From: an uncultured Anaerolineae bacterium
GTDB taxonomy: Bacteria > Chloroflexota > Anaerolineae > Aggregatilineales > UBA3940
DNA: 64,000 bases
Direction: 5' to 3'
Assembly (NCBI GenBank): GCA_964390105.1
Contig: CAYMGV010000001.1
Location: 66,002 to 130,001, forward strand
This document shows, one piece after another, positions 1 through 9,294 of this stretch. A program made the translations under genes and the position numbers. Numbering within the stretch: the first letter of the stretch is position 1; each line of letters starts with the position of its first letter. The notes under the pieces are model-generated. The model had not been told where the DNA came from, searched no databases, and saw only the letters and a list, made by a program, of their open reading frames with translations.

Positions 1-571
1 CGGCCAGCGTGACACTATCCGCATACTCAAGGTCACCACCAACAGGCAGGCCGCGCGCCAGCCGCGTCAGGCGAGTTTTGCCCTTGAGGCTCCTATGCAG
101 GTACATGGCGGTGGCATCCCCCTCAAGGCCGACGTTGGTAGCAATGATGACCTCACGTACCGGGCTGCTGTCAACGCGAGTTATCAGTTCTTTGATGCGG
201 AGCTGATCCGGGCCAATGCCTTCCATTGGATTGATGGCCCCATGCAGCACGTGATAGGTACCGCGATAGGTGCCCGCCCGCTCAAAGGCCAGTACGTCGA
301 GCGGCTCCTCAACCACGCAGATTATCTCCTGATCGCGCTTTTCATCGCCACAGATTCCACAGGGGTCATCCTCAGTGACGTTTTGACACACCGAGCAGGT
401 CCGCGTGTGGGCCTTGAGGTCATTCAGCGCCGAGGCCAGCGCCAGTGCCTGCTCATCGGGCACACGCAGCAGGTAGTACGTTAGCCGAGCCGCCGTCTTT
501 GGGCCAACACCCGGCAGGCGAGAAAACTCATCGATCAGCCGCGTGACCGATGCGGGGATGGCTTTGCTCAT
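1..571 (-). CDS. recR: Recombination protein RecR (3' end / C-terminus runs off the window start)
   Basis: Reverse translation from the ATG at 571..569 gives MSKAIPASVTRLIDEF... Reverse translation of 301-420 gives ...TCSVCQNVTEDDPCGICGDEKRDQEIICVVEEP, which is the RecR CxxC..CxxC zinc finger followed by the Toprim start. The gene sits 3 nt downstream of ybaB in the classic dnaX-ybaB-recR order. It is absent from the ORF track because there is no stop codon in the window. Confidence 0.85.
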   Translation of the reverse strand, partial: MSKAIPASVTRLIDEFSRLPGVGPKTAARLTYYLLRVPDEQALALASALNDLKAHTRTCSVCQNVTEDDPCGICGDEKRDQEIICVVEEPLDVLAFERAGTYRGTYHVLHGAINPMEGIGPDQLRIKELITRVDSSPVREVIIATNVGLEGDATAMYLHRSLKGKTRLTRLARGLPVGGDLEYADSVTLA

Positions 572-574
572 CGA

Positions 575-919
575 CTACCCTTCAAGGCCGGGCATCCCCG
601 GCAGGTCGATACCACCCATCACTTCCTGCATACGCTGGGTCGCCATCTGCTGTGACATCTCAACAGCCTGGTTAACTGCATCAACCAGCGTTTCCTGCAA
701 GTTGTCGACATCGTCCATATCGATCCGTTTGGGGTCAATGCGGATTTCCCTGACACGCTGGTGCCCGGTGATAACCACCGTCACAGCGCCACCCGCCTTG
801 GAGATTTGCAGCGTTTCCGCTTCCAGTTCGTCGCGGGCTTTGGCGATGTTAGCCTGCATCTGGCCCATGTTTGAAAACAGGGAGCCGATATCCGGCCCTT
901 TGTCATCTTTGTCTGCCAT
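575..919 (-). CDS. ybaB: YbaB/EbfC family nucleoid-associated DNA-binding protein
   Basis: 114-aa ORF containing ...MGQMQANIAKARDELEAETLQISKAGGAVTVVITGHQRVREIRIDP..., typical of YbaB. It lies between dnaX and recR. Confidence 0.9.
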   Translation of the reverse strand: MADKDDKGPDIGSLFSNMGQMQANIAKARDELEAETLQISKAGGAVTVVITGHQRVREIRIDPKRIDMDDVDNLQETLVDAVNQAVEMSQQMATQRMQEVMGGIDLPGMPGLEG

Positions 920-924
920 TGTTT

Positions 925-2502
925 TTACTCCTTCTCGTCCTCAACAGTGGTCACAGTGCCACCCAGTTCATTCATTGCAAACTGCGCCAGGTCATCGGCT
1001 TCAGCAGCCGGGGGTCCGTCTCCATCGGCTGCGCCGACCCGGCAGGCCAGCCCCAACTGCACCCCGAATATCTGCCTGAGTGATTCTTCCACCGCGACCC
1101 GGTGGTTATCCACCTCAAGTTTTTCCTTGAGGATTTCGCTGGGCATCTGCACGATCACCGTTGTCCCTTCAACCCCCGCGAACTGGCCCGATCTCAATAG
1201 AGCCGGGGCGGCAAAATTGCGCTGCCCGGAGAGCCGGATCACATCCTCCCAACGGCGCGCCACATCAGCGGGATCAAACTCAGCGGGGGGCGGCGGGGCT
1301 GCTTCCTGTGGGGCAGGTTCGGATTCGGCAGCTTTCTTCTTCCTTTTTGTGGTCTTCTGCTGGGCCGGAGCGGTCTGCTGAGTGGGAACTGCGGGCACCG
1401 GGGCAGGCTCGACCATGGCCTCAACACTGGCAAGAAAAGCCATCTCCAGCGGAAGCTGCGGCTGCCAGCCACCCGTTCCGCTGTTTTGATACGCTTCACG
1501 GAACTGTTTCAGCGCGATGAACAATCCTCGACGCGGGAAGCGTGCGGCCTGCTCATTAACCACTGCCATCTCCGCCTGGGAGAGTGAGGCCGCGATCAGT
1601 TCGCCGCCGCCGGTCTGAGCCAGCATCAGCTGCCGCAGATGTTCGACCATCTGGTTGGTTAACTGCTGAGGGTCGATGCCCTGCGCCATGGAACCGTTGA
1701 TCAGGTCGAGACCATAACTGGTATTGCCCTCGATTAGCGCCCATGCCAGGTTCTGCACACCTTCACCTGTCGCGGTGCCGAGGATGGCTCGTGCCAGGTC
1801 AAGCGTCAGCGGCTCACCGGGGTCGAGGAGCTGGTCCAGCAGACTGATACAGTCTCGCATTGAACCGGTACCCTGCCGCGCGATCAATTCGAGTGCGGCG
1901 TCATCGGCCTGCATGCCTTCCTGGTCAACGATAATACGCAGCCGCTCGAAGATATGATCCAGCCCAATACGGCGAAAGTCAAAGCGCTGACAGCGTGATT
2001 TGATGGTCTGCGGCACTTTGTGAATCTCAGTGGTTGCCAGCACAAAGAGGGCATGGGCGGGTGGCTCCTCAATCGTCTTGAGCAGCGCATCGAACGCCGC
2101 GCCGGAAAAACGGTGGACCTCGTCAATAATATAGACCTTGTACTGGCCTTCATTGGGGGCAAAGCTGATGCGGTCGCGCAATTCGCGCACATCATCGACG
2201 CCAGTATGCGAGGCCGCATCGATCTCGATCAGATCGAGAAAGCGGCCCTCATTCACAGCGAGGCAGTGCCCACATTCATTACAGGGCCGGTTATTGGAGT
2301 CCTCGTTCAGGCAGTTGACCGCCTTCGCCAGCAGCCGCGCCATCGACGTTTTACCCGTGCCGCGCGGGCCGGAGAACAGGTAGGCGTGGCCCAACCGGTT
2401 GTTGTGAATGGCGTTCTTCAGCGTATATGTGATGTGCTCCTGCCCGACAACGTCTTCAAAGTAGCTCGGTCGCCAGCGCAGGTATAAAGCCTGTTGCGCC
2501 AT
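925..2502 (-). CDS. dnaX: DNA polymerase III subunit gamma/tau
   Basis: 525-aa ORF. It has the clamp-loader AAA+ N-terminus (RWRPSYFEDVVGQEHI, Walker A GPRGTGKTS, zinc module CNECGHC, DEVH, SRC motif 'IKSRCQRF'). Confidence 0.95.
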   Translation of the reverse strand: MAQQALYLRWRPSYFEDVVGQEHITYTLKNAIHNNRLGHAYLFSGPRGTGKTSMARLLAKAVNCLNEDSNNRPCNECGHCLAVNEGRFLDLIEIDAASHTGVDDVRELRDRISFAPNEGQYKVYIIDEVHRFSGAAFDALLKTIEEPPAHALFVLATTEIHKVPQTIKSRCQRFDFRRIGLDHIFERLRIIVDQEGMQADDAALELIARQGTGSMRDCISLLDQLLDPGEPLTLDLARAILGTATGEGVQNLAWALIEGNTSYGLDLINGSMAQGIDPQQLTNQMVEHLRQLMLAQTGGGELIAASLSQAEMAVVNEQAARFPRRGLFIALKQFREAYQNSGTGGWQPQLPLEMAFLASVEAMVEPAPVPAVPTQQTAPAQQKTTKRKKKAAESEPAPQEAAPPPPAEFDPADVARRWEDVIRLSGQRNFAAPALLRSGQFAGVEGTTVIVQMPSEILKEKLEVDNHRVAVEESLRQIFGVQLGLACRVGAADGDGPPAAEADDLAQFAMNELGGTVTTVEDEKE

Positions 2503-2579
2503 ATCTGACGGGTTCTCCTGGATGAGGGGCAGCCTGTGAGCGCGAGTCTAGCATCGTGCCGGGTACACCGCAAGCTGGT

Positions 2580-2969
2580 CTAAGCGCCCGATATATCGTC
2601 TTTTTCGTCCGGTTTGGCAGGCGTTTCAGCCGGTGCAGCCGGGGTCGATACGGCGGGCTTCGCCGGGGTCGATTTGACCGGCGGGGCAGCCTTGGCCTGC
2701 TCCTTCTCCAGGGTCGTGATGGCTTTTTCCTGCCCGGAAATCTCACGCTTGAGGGACACAATCGTGGTGCCACGGCGGATCATGCCCGGCAGCGTGACCA
2801 GCAGCGCAGCCAGCACACCCAACATAAACGAAGCCAACAGCACCAGTGCCAGCGAACCTTCCAACTGCCACACCAGGAAGGAGATCGTCACCGGGATGGC
2901 ATTTTGCAGGGCAAACACCACCGCGATGATCACAATAAGCAGCGCAACCAACAGGATCAATACAGTCAT
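2580..2969 (-). CDS. LapA-like (DUF1049-type) small membrane protein with Pro/Ala/Lys-rich tail
   Basis: 129-aa ORF with two N-terminal TM helices (MTVLILLVALLIVIIAVVFAL... / LALVLLASFMLGVLAALLVTL), a short coiled segment and a low-complexity tail. Confidence 0.6.
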   Translation of the reverse strand: MTVLILLVALLIVIIAVVFALQNAIPVTISFLVWQLEGSLALVLLASFMLGVLAALLVTLPGMIRRGTTIVSLKREISGQEKAITTLEKEQAKAAPPVKSTPAKPAVSTPAAPAETPAKPDEKDDISGA

Positions 2970-2987
2970 TACCGGGGTTCCTCCTTG

Positions 2988-5012
2988 TTATGCGCGTTTA
3001 CGCGCATATAAAAACAGATACGGTCCTTCACCATTGGGGCCATCGGCCTTGTAGTTTTCGGTCATCGGGCGCAGCCATGCACGGAACAGTGTGTTGAGGC
3101 TGAAGGCCGGGAACAGCACCCAGCGCCCGGTAAGCTTGTGCGTGATCAGCCGTGGCACGCCGAGATAATGCAGGACATCAAAGGTACGGTGCGCCCGGCT
3201 GCTGAAATAATACTGATATGATTCTAACTCAAATCCATGCTGATCCAACAGATCGTGCCATGTTTCATGGCTGTAGGTATGGAAGTGGTCGGAGTGATTG
3301 TTAAACCAGCCCTCATAGCGCTTTGCCAGCCCTTTCAGGCCGATCCTACGGAACAGCGATGGGAAGAACAGCATCTCCGCGAACCGATGGCTTGGTGAGC
3401 AGAACACGAAGCGACCGCCGGGTTTCAGCACACGGGCAGCCTCACTCAGAGTCCTGTGAGCATCGGGGATATGTTCCACAGACGAATTAGACACCACCGA
3501 TCCAAACAGATCCGATGCGAAGGGCGACTCCATCGCCGAGCCAATGACGGACAGATCGTAAACATCACGATCACGGGCCTGCTTGACGCTGAACGCAAAC
3601 GGATCGACCCCGGCCAGCAGCCTGCGGGTGAAGGTTACACCGGCATACTGGCCGTCCCCACAGCCGAGGTCCAGAACCGGCTCCTCCAATTCGCCCACTT
3701 CCTCCCACAGCTTCGATTCAACCGTGCGCAGCAGCGCCCGGAACTGCGGCTCCTCGCGCAGGTGCTGGGCCAGGTAATCAACCGAGCCGGGATCATGCGT
3801 CAGTGAGCCGGGGCCACCACCGACCTCGGAGGTGTTCAGCAGGGATTTGCCATGAATCTGCTTCGAGAGGTCGTTAAAGGTGGTTATGTACCCAGCCACG
3901 GTGGTTTCAATGGAGAAGTGGGACTCGATCACGTCACGCGGTTGGATGTAACGGTCCTCGCTTTTCAGCACATCGATGATGGCATCGGCCAGCACGGGTG
4001 AGTCCTGTATCGGCACGATCTTACCCATGCCCGTCGCCTGGACCGGGACACGCACGCCCGGCAGGTTGCTGGCAACGACCGGGGTCCCGCACAGCATACT
4101 CTCCACCTGCACCAGCCCGAAGCTCTCAGTGCTATTGATGCTGGGCAGGATCGTCACAGCACAGGCCCCATAGAACGCGCGTATCTGATCAGGGTCCAGC
4201 ACGCCGAGGAACTGCCAGTTCTCACCTGCCTGATCCAGCAGCGGCTGGAGCCGTGCGCGGTACTCATCCTCACCGATGACCTTTTGATACTCCCCGGCAA
4301 ACAACACGCGCGCGTTTGGCACCGCCTCTCGAATGATGGGCAGCGCCTCAAGGATGTATTCGACGCCCTTCTCGGTAGCGAAACGCGCCGCAAAGCCGAT
4401 CAGGGTTTCGTTGTCCGGTGCATGTTCGGCTCGGAAGGCCGCGATCTCCTCAGTGGTTGGCTCAGAGATGATGACCGGGGGCGGGATGATCACGCGCTTG
4501 TGCGGGAAGCGGCTGAGGATATGGCTGTGGTTGGCGTAATCATCGGTATACGCGATGAAGCGATCCACCATCAGCCCCGCCGCCATGTTTGCCGCGAACA
4601 CAAACTGATCGACAACCCGATTCCATACCCCCCTGGGGAGCTGGACATCACAGTGATAGGTGGCCGTGATGGGACGGCGCACCACAAAGCGGGCAAGGAA
4701 TGGCAGGAAGAACGCCTCAAATGGCGTGTTGGGCAGGTTCATTGCCACCACGTCATGGTTGCGCAGTTCAGGCAGCGCGTACAGCATGTAGGAGGGCATG
4801 ATGGTGCCCTTGCTAACCCGGAACCAGACCGGAACGCGCACCACGCGAACGCCGTTGATCGTCTCCTCACTGGGTAGATTCTTTTCATATTGCGAGGTCA
4901 AAACGGTAATGGTATGACCACGGGCCGCCAGCGTCTCCGCAAGGCGCTGTACATAGATGGTTAGCCCGGACACGTGCGGGCGATAGTATGTCAGTGCAAA
5001 CAGGATTTTCAT
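2988..5012 (-). CDS. Fusion protein: GT4-family glycosyltransferase (N-terminal) plus class I SAM-dependent methyltransferase (C-terminal)
   Basis: 674-aa ORF. The N-terminus MKILFALTYYRPHVSGLTIYVQRLAETLAARGH and the later ...SESFGLVQVESMLCGTPVV are GT4/GT-B hallmarks. The C-terminal part has the SAM motif I 'VLDLGCGDGQY' and 'LKPGGRFVF'. Confidence 0.8.
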   Translation of the reverse strand: MKILFALTYYRPHVSGLTIYVQRLAETLAARGHTITVLTSQYEKNLPSEETINGVRVVRVPVWFRVSKGTIMPSYMLYALPELRNHDVVAMNLPNTPFEAFFLPFLARFVVRRPITATYHCDVQLPRGVWNRVVDQFVFAANMAAGLMVDRFIAYTDDYANHSHILSRFPHKRVIIPPPVIISEPTTEEIAAFRAEHAPDNETLIGFAARFATEKGVEYILEALPIIREAVPNARVLFAGEYQKVIGEDEYRARLQPLLDQAGENWQFLGVLDPDQIRAFYGACAVTILPSINSTESFGLVQVESMLCGTPVVASNLPGVRVPVQATGMGKIVPIQDSPVLADAIIDVLKSEDRYIQPRDVIESHFSIETTVAGYITTFNDLSKQIHGKSLLNTSEVGGGPGSLTHDPGSVDYLAQHLREEPQFRALLRTVESKLWEEVGELEEPVLDLGCGDGQYAGVTFTRRLLAGVDPFAFSVKQARDRDVYDLSVIGSAMESPFASDLFGSVVSNSSVEHIPDAHRTLSEAARVLKPGGRFVFCSPSHRFAEMLFFPSLFRRIGLKGLAKRYEGWFNNHSDHFHTYSHETWHDLLDQHGFELESYQYYFSSRAHRTFDVLHYLGVPRLITHKLTGRWVLFPAFSLNTLFRAWLRPMTENYKADGPNGEGPYLFLYARKRA

Positions 5013-5287
5013 TTTATAACGCTACAGTGTGCATACAAGAACAGGCCCGATAGTGCCGGGGGGAACATTAGCTTAACCTCCCCGATGGGGCACCGCAACT
5101 CCCGGTTGCCCATTACCCTCATCCCTGAACTCTTCCCCCACAGCTCGCTCGTTCGCTCCGCAACCATCACTCGCGAAGGGAAGGGAACCCCCTGCGGATT
5201 TGGTATCAATTGCGAGACAAATCCACCTCAAGATAATGAGATCAATGAAGATCAATCTACGTCGTCGTACAAAGCCTGCCTCGCCGG

Positions 5288-5316
5288 TTGCCGCCGTCCC
5301 ACCAACGTGATACACT
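5288..5316 (+). promoter_or_regulatory. Candidate sigma-70-type promoter for the valS leader
   Basis: TTGCCG (5288-5293), a 17-nt spacer, then TACACT (5311-5316). It lies about 20 nt upstream of the start of the T-box Stem I-like region. Confidence 0.3.
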
Positions 5317-5334
5317 CCCCGGTGAATCAGCTTA

Positions 5335-5590
5335 CAGGCTGCGAACGGGAGGAGTACGCGGGCCGAGTTCGGCCAGAGAATGAGGGTCGCAGGCTGCAAG
5401 CCCTCAACGAGACACCCCGCGGAAGGTCGCCCGTAAGCCAACCCATTGAATCAGGCCAGTAGATGGGTTCGGGTGCGCCCGTTACAGTGCCAAATAAGTG
5501 TACGTGGACCACAGCGGTCGGCGTGAACTAAGGTGGTACCGCGAAACCCCGTTTCGTCCTTAGCCAGGATGAACCGGGATTTTTGTTTTT
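5335..5590 (+). promoter_or_regulatory. T-box riboswitch leader (tRNA-Val sensing) with intrinsic terminator, upstream of valS
   Basis: The conserved T-box sequence AAGGTGGTACCGCG is at 5530-5543. It is immediately followed by a terminator helix (5548-5559 pairs with 5567-5578, with 1 mismatch and 1 G-U) and ATTTTTGTTTTT. Upstream elements are a GCGA..GGAGGAGTAC Stem I-like start (5341-5358) and an AGAGA element (5374-5378). The candidate specifier is 'GAAG-GUC-G', with the Val codon GUC at 5426-5428. The UGGU bulge matches an A73-CCA tRNA end. Confidence 0.75.
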
Positions 5591-5765
5591 ATGGAAGGGG
5601 GTGATGGTGACATGTCAGATGTCGCGGAGGATGGTGTCATGGAGGCCGCGCATTGGATAGAGCCTGATTGGTTTTTCGCCGGAATCCCGTTTCAAGCTCA
5701 AATGTTCTAATTCCGATGACCGGCACCTACTGGGGAACATCAAACAAAGGAGCAGACCCTTACCG

Positions 5766-8411
5766 ATGACAAGAGAAATGCCTAAAACCTATGATTTCAA
5801 CGCCACTGAAGCCCGCCTGTACGAGTGGTGGGAATCGAGGGGCTACTTTAAGCCGGAGATTGCGGGGCCAGATGCCGAGCCGTTTGTGATCAGTATGCCG
5901 CCCCCTAACGTGACCGGCGCGCTGCACCAGGGGCACGCGCTGTTCGTGGCGTTGGAAGACCTCATGATCCGCCATGCCCGCATGAAAGGCCACGCGGCGC
6001 TGTGGGTGCCCGGCACCGATCATGCCGGTATCGCGACGCAGTTGCTCGTTGAGCGTATGCTGATCAACGAGGGCACCAGCCGCGAGGAAGTGGGCCGCGA
6101 GGAATTCCTGGAGCGTACATGGGAGTGGAAGCACGAAAAAGGCGGGCGCATCACGGAGCAGCTCCGCAGGCTTGGCGCAAGCTGCGACTGGGAGCGTGAA
6201 CGGTTCACACTCGATGAGGGCCTAAGCCGTGCCGTACGTGAGGCTTTTGTGCGCTGGTACGAAGCGGGCCTGATTTACCGTGACACCTACATGATCAACT
6301 GGTCGCCCAATTTGCAGACGGCGGTCAGTGACCTTGAAGTCGAGCGCGTGGAGCAGAACGGCAAACTGTACTACTTCAAGTACCGCATCGCAGGGGGGGA
6401 CGACTACCTGCCCGTGGCGACCACGCGACCCGAGACGATCCTCGGCGACACTGCCGTGGCCGTCAACCCCAATGACCTGCGCTACCAGGCGTTTATCGGT
6501 AAGATGGCGCTGGTGCCCGTACTCGACCGTGAAATCCCCGTGATCGCGGATGAGTATGTCGATATGGAATTCGGTACAGGTGCGCTCAAGATCACCCCGG
6601 CTCATGATCCCAACGACTACCAGATCGGGCTGAAGCACAACCTCGATATGATTACGATCATGAATAAGGACGCCACCATTAACGACCTGGGCGGGCCGTA
6701 CGCAGGCATGGATCGCTTTGCAGCTCGCAAGAAGCTATGGGCCGATATGGATGGCGCGGGACTGGTGATCAAGGCCGAGGACTACACCCACATCGTGCCG
6801 ATTGCCCAGCGCGGTGGCGAGTTGATCGAGCCGATGATCAGCACACAGTGGTTCGCGAGGATGAAGGGGCCAGCCGATATGGCGCTGGAGGCTGTTCACG
6901 ACGGCACCATGACCATCGTGCCCGACCACTTCAGCAAGGTCTGGGATCACTGGCTGGAAGACATCCATGACTGGTGTATCAGCCGTCAGTTGTGGTGGGG
7001 CCACCGCATCCCAGCCTGGCACTGTGCCGAGTGTGGCGAGGTCACCGTGTCACGCGAGGACCCGACCAAGTGCGCACACTGCGCCTCAACCCGCATTGAG
7101 CAGGACCCGGACGTGCTGGACACATGGTTTAGTTCGGGGTTGTGGCCGTTCAGCACGCTGGGCTGGCCCGATGAAACGCCCGACCTGAAACGCTACTTCC
7201 CGACGCATGTAATGGAAACGGGTTATGATATCCTGTTTTTTTGGGTGGCACGCATGGCGATGATGTCGCTCTCGCTGATGAAGGAAGCGCCGTTCGAGAC
7301 GATCTATCTGCACGGTCTTGTGAGGGATGAGCACGGCAAGAAGATGAGCAAGACCACCGGCAACGTAATCGACCCCATCGAAGTTATGAATGAGATGGGC
7401 ACCGACGCGCTGCGCTTCACCCTGCTGACGGGGTCCGCGCCGGGCAGTGACATGAACCTGTCCATAGACCGCATCGCATCGAACCGCAACTTTGCCAACA
7501 AGCTGTGGAATGCGGCACGCTTCCTCGTCGCAGCGCTGGATGAGGAGAAGCCGGGGGAGGCCCCCACGCTGGAGAGTCTGACCCTGCCGGACCGCTGGAT
7601 ACTCAGTGGCCTGCACAAGCTCATCGATAATGTAAACCGCCTGATGGAGAACCACCAGTATGGAGAGGCGGGTCGCCAAACCTACGACTTCTTCTGGAGC
7701 GAGTACGCGGACTGGTACATCGAGATCAGCAAGGTGGCGCTTTACGGGGAGGACAAGGACGCACGGGCACGCACGCTCAATATCCTGACTTACGTGCTCG
7801 ATCAAATCCTGCGACTGCTGCACCCTTATGTGCCGTATGTCACCGAGGAAATCTGGCAGCACATCCCGCATGAGGGTGAGGCCCTGATCATTGCGTCATG
7901 GCCGCAGTACGATGAGGCCTACATCGACAAGGACGCCGACCATGTCATGGGCCTGCTGATGGACCTGATTCGTGGCATCCGTAACGTACGCGCCGAGTAT
8001 GACGTGCAGCCGTCGCGCAAGGTCACGGCGCTGATCGCGGCAGGTGAGATGACCGAGACGTTCACCGCCAACCGCGCACAGTTCGAACGGCTGGCGAACA
8101 TTGACCTTGAAACACTGGAGATCGCGGAGACAGTCGAAGCGCCGGGGCAGGCCGCGGCAGTCGCCATCAGCAGCGGTATCAGCGCCTACCTGCCGCTGGC
8201 CGGGCTGATTGATCTCGAAGCAGAGAAGGTTCGCATCGAGAAGGAACTGGCTGAGGTGAGCGGGCGCATCGAGAAGACACAGATGCAGCTTGCCCACAAG
8301 GGGTTCGTTGCCAATGCCCCCGGGGCCATCGTACAGAGGGAGCGCGACAAGCTCGAAGACCTGCTGGCACAGCAATCCGCGCTTCGTGAGCGGCTCGAAG
8401 GACTGGGCTAA
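5766..8411 (+). CDS. valS: Valine--tRNA ligase
   Basis: 881-aa ORF with the class I HIGH-type motif (PPPNVTGALHQGHA), KMSKT (7342 region 'KMSKTTGNV'), a CP1 editing domain and a C-terminal coiled coil. Confidence 0.97.
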   Translation: MTREMPKTYDFNATEARLYEWWESRGYFKPEIAGPDAEPFVISMPPPNVTGALHQGHALFVALEDLMIRHARMKGHAALWVPGTDHAGIATQLLVERMLINEGTSREEVGREEFLERTWEWKHEKGGRITEQLRRLGASCDWERERFTLDEGLSRAVREAFVRWYEAGLIYRDTYMINWSPNLQTAVSDLEVERVEQNGKLYYFKYRIAGGDDYLPVATTRPETILGDTAVAVNPNDLRYQAFIGKMALVPVLDREIPVIADEYVDMEFGTGALKITPAHDPNDYQIGLKHNLDMITIMNKDATINDLGGPYAGMDRFAARKKLWADMDGAGLVIKAEDYTHIVPIAQRGGELIEPMISTQWFARMKGPADMALEAVHDGTMTIVPDHFSKVWDHWLEDIHDWCISRQLWWGHRIPAWHCAECGEVTVSREDPTKCAHCASTRIEQDPDVLDTWFSSGLWPFSTLGWPDETPDLKRYFPTHVMETGYDILFFWVARMAMMSLSLMKEAPFETIYLHGLVRDEHGKKMSKTTGNVIDPIEVMNEMGTDALRFTLLTGSAPGSDMNLSIDRIASNRNFANKLWNAARFLVAALDEEKPGEAPTLESLTLPDRWILSGLHKLIDNVNRLMENHQYGEAGRQTYDFFWSEYADWYIEISKVALYGEDKDARARTLNILTYVLDQILRLLHPYVPYVTEEIWQHIPHEGEALIIASWPQYDEAYIDKDADHVMGLLMDLIRGIRNVRAEYDVQPSRKVTALIAAGEMTETFTANRAQFERLANIDLETLEIAETVEAPGQAAAVAISSGISAYLPLAGLIDLEAEKVRIEKELAEVSGRIEKTQMQLAHKGFVANAPGAIVQRERDKLEDLLAQQSALRERLEGLG

Positions 8412-8438
8412 CCCCGCGAAATCCACCAATCAAAAAAT

Positions 8439-8465
8439 GGCGGGATTCCTGTGTTGAATCCCGCC
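8439..8465 (+). terminator. Perfect 10-bp GC-rich hairpin downstream of valS (possible terminator, no U-tract)
   Basis: GGCGGGATTC (8439-8448), a 7-nt loop, then GAATCCCGCC (8456-8465). It is preceded by A6 but not followed by a T-run. Confidence 0.35.
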
Positions 8466-8533
8466 GTAGCAGTCACAAGCATGCCGCACTGAACCCGCGA
8501 CGCGTTGTATGTAACATAGCCTCCACCCATCCC

Positions 8534-9283
8534 GTGGTTTATAATGGGCGCATTCGTTCAGAACTGGACAGGTTTTTCATGATGTTATCATCTGACAGTG
8601 ACACCATTCCTACCAACGATCACTCTCCCATCGACCCGCCGACTGACATCACCGTCACTGACCCTGAACCCGCGTGGAAACCTGGAATTGCCGATTCCGC
8701 CGGGTCAGCCGGGGACGGTTTCTTCAGCGATGCAACTGACAACGACCTGAAGGAAGCATGGGGTGTCATCCGGGAAATCCTCGAAACCGTTGCACTCGCC
8801 GTCGCGATCTGGCTGGTAGTCAACTTTGCCACGGCTCGTTACATCGTCATCGGAAACAGCATGCAGCCTAACCTTGAAACCGGTGAGTTTTTGCTGGTTA
8901 GCCGCCTGTCGTATCGCCTCGGTGAACCGGAGCGCGGCGATATTATCATCTTTGATTACCCCGGTAATCTCAGCGATGATTACGTCAAGCGCGTGATCGG
9001 CCTGCCGGGTGATGCGGTCAGCATCGACGGCAACAGGGTGATCGTCAACGGCGTGCAGTTGGATGAGCCATACATCGATGGGCCAACCAGCGGGGCAGGG
9101 CTGTGGCAGGTGCCCGAGGGGCACTACTTCGTACTGGGCGACAATCGAGGCGGCTCCAGCGATTCACGATCATGGGGGATGCTGGATGAAGAACACATCA
9201 TCGGGAAGGCGGTATTCTCGTACTGGCCGGTCAACCGGCTGGGCCTGATTCCGCATTATGATTATGACAACCTGGAAGAATAG
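8534..9283 (+). CDS. lepB: Signal peptidase I
   Basis: Catalytic Ser box 'GNSMQPNL', 'YVKRVIGLPGD' and 'GDNRGGSSDSRSWG'. The track start is a GTG at 8534. An ATG at 8579 (MMLSSDSD...) is an alternative start. Confidence 0.9.
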   Translation: MVYNGRIRSELDRFFMMLSSDSDTIPTNDHSPIDPPTDITVTDPEPAWKPGIADSAGSAGDGFFSDATDNDLKEAWGVIREILETVALAVAIWLVVNFATARYIVIGNSMQPNLETGEFLLVSRLSYRLGEPERGDIIIFDYPGNLSDDYVKRVIGLPGDAVSIDGNRVIVNGVQLDEPYIDGPTSGAGLWQVPEGHYFVLGDNRGGSSDSRSWGMLDEEHIIGKAVFSYWPVNRLGLIPHYDYDNLEE

Positions 9284-9294
9284 CAGAGGTCAAC

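Noticed and set aside
1320-1350. Possible programmed frameshift or slippage site in dnaX at ACAAAAAGGAAGAAGAAAG (encodes TKRKKK)
   Set aside because: There is no canonical A_AAA_AAG heptamer. The -1 frame runs about 22 codons before a stop, and I saw no downstream stimulatory hairpin. The evidence is insufficient.
2503-2579. Looked for an SRP (4.5S/scRNA) gene, which often precedes dnaX
   Set aside because: Only 77 nt are available, and the conserved GGAAGCAGCC-type domain IV motif is absent on either strand.
5013-5287. Structured-looking GC-rich 275-nt region upstream of the GT4-methyltransferase gene (minus strand). I checked it against riboswitch signatures: TPP, cobalamin, c-di-GMP, fluoride and ZTP.
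   Set aside because: None of the conserved core motifs I know for these classes is present. A covariance-model scan cannot be run here, so no call is made.
5592-5711. 39-codon ORF (MEGGDGDMSDVAEDGV...) between the T-box terminator and valS
   Set aside because: It is very short, has no RBS and has no recognisable features. It is probably fortuitous and is mentioned only within the T-box finding.
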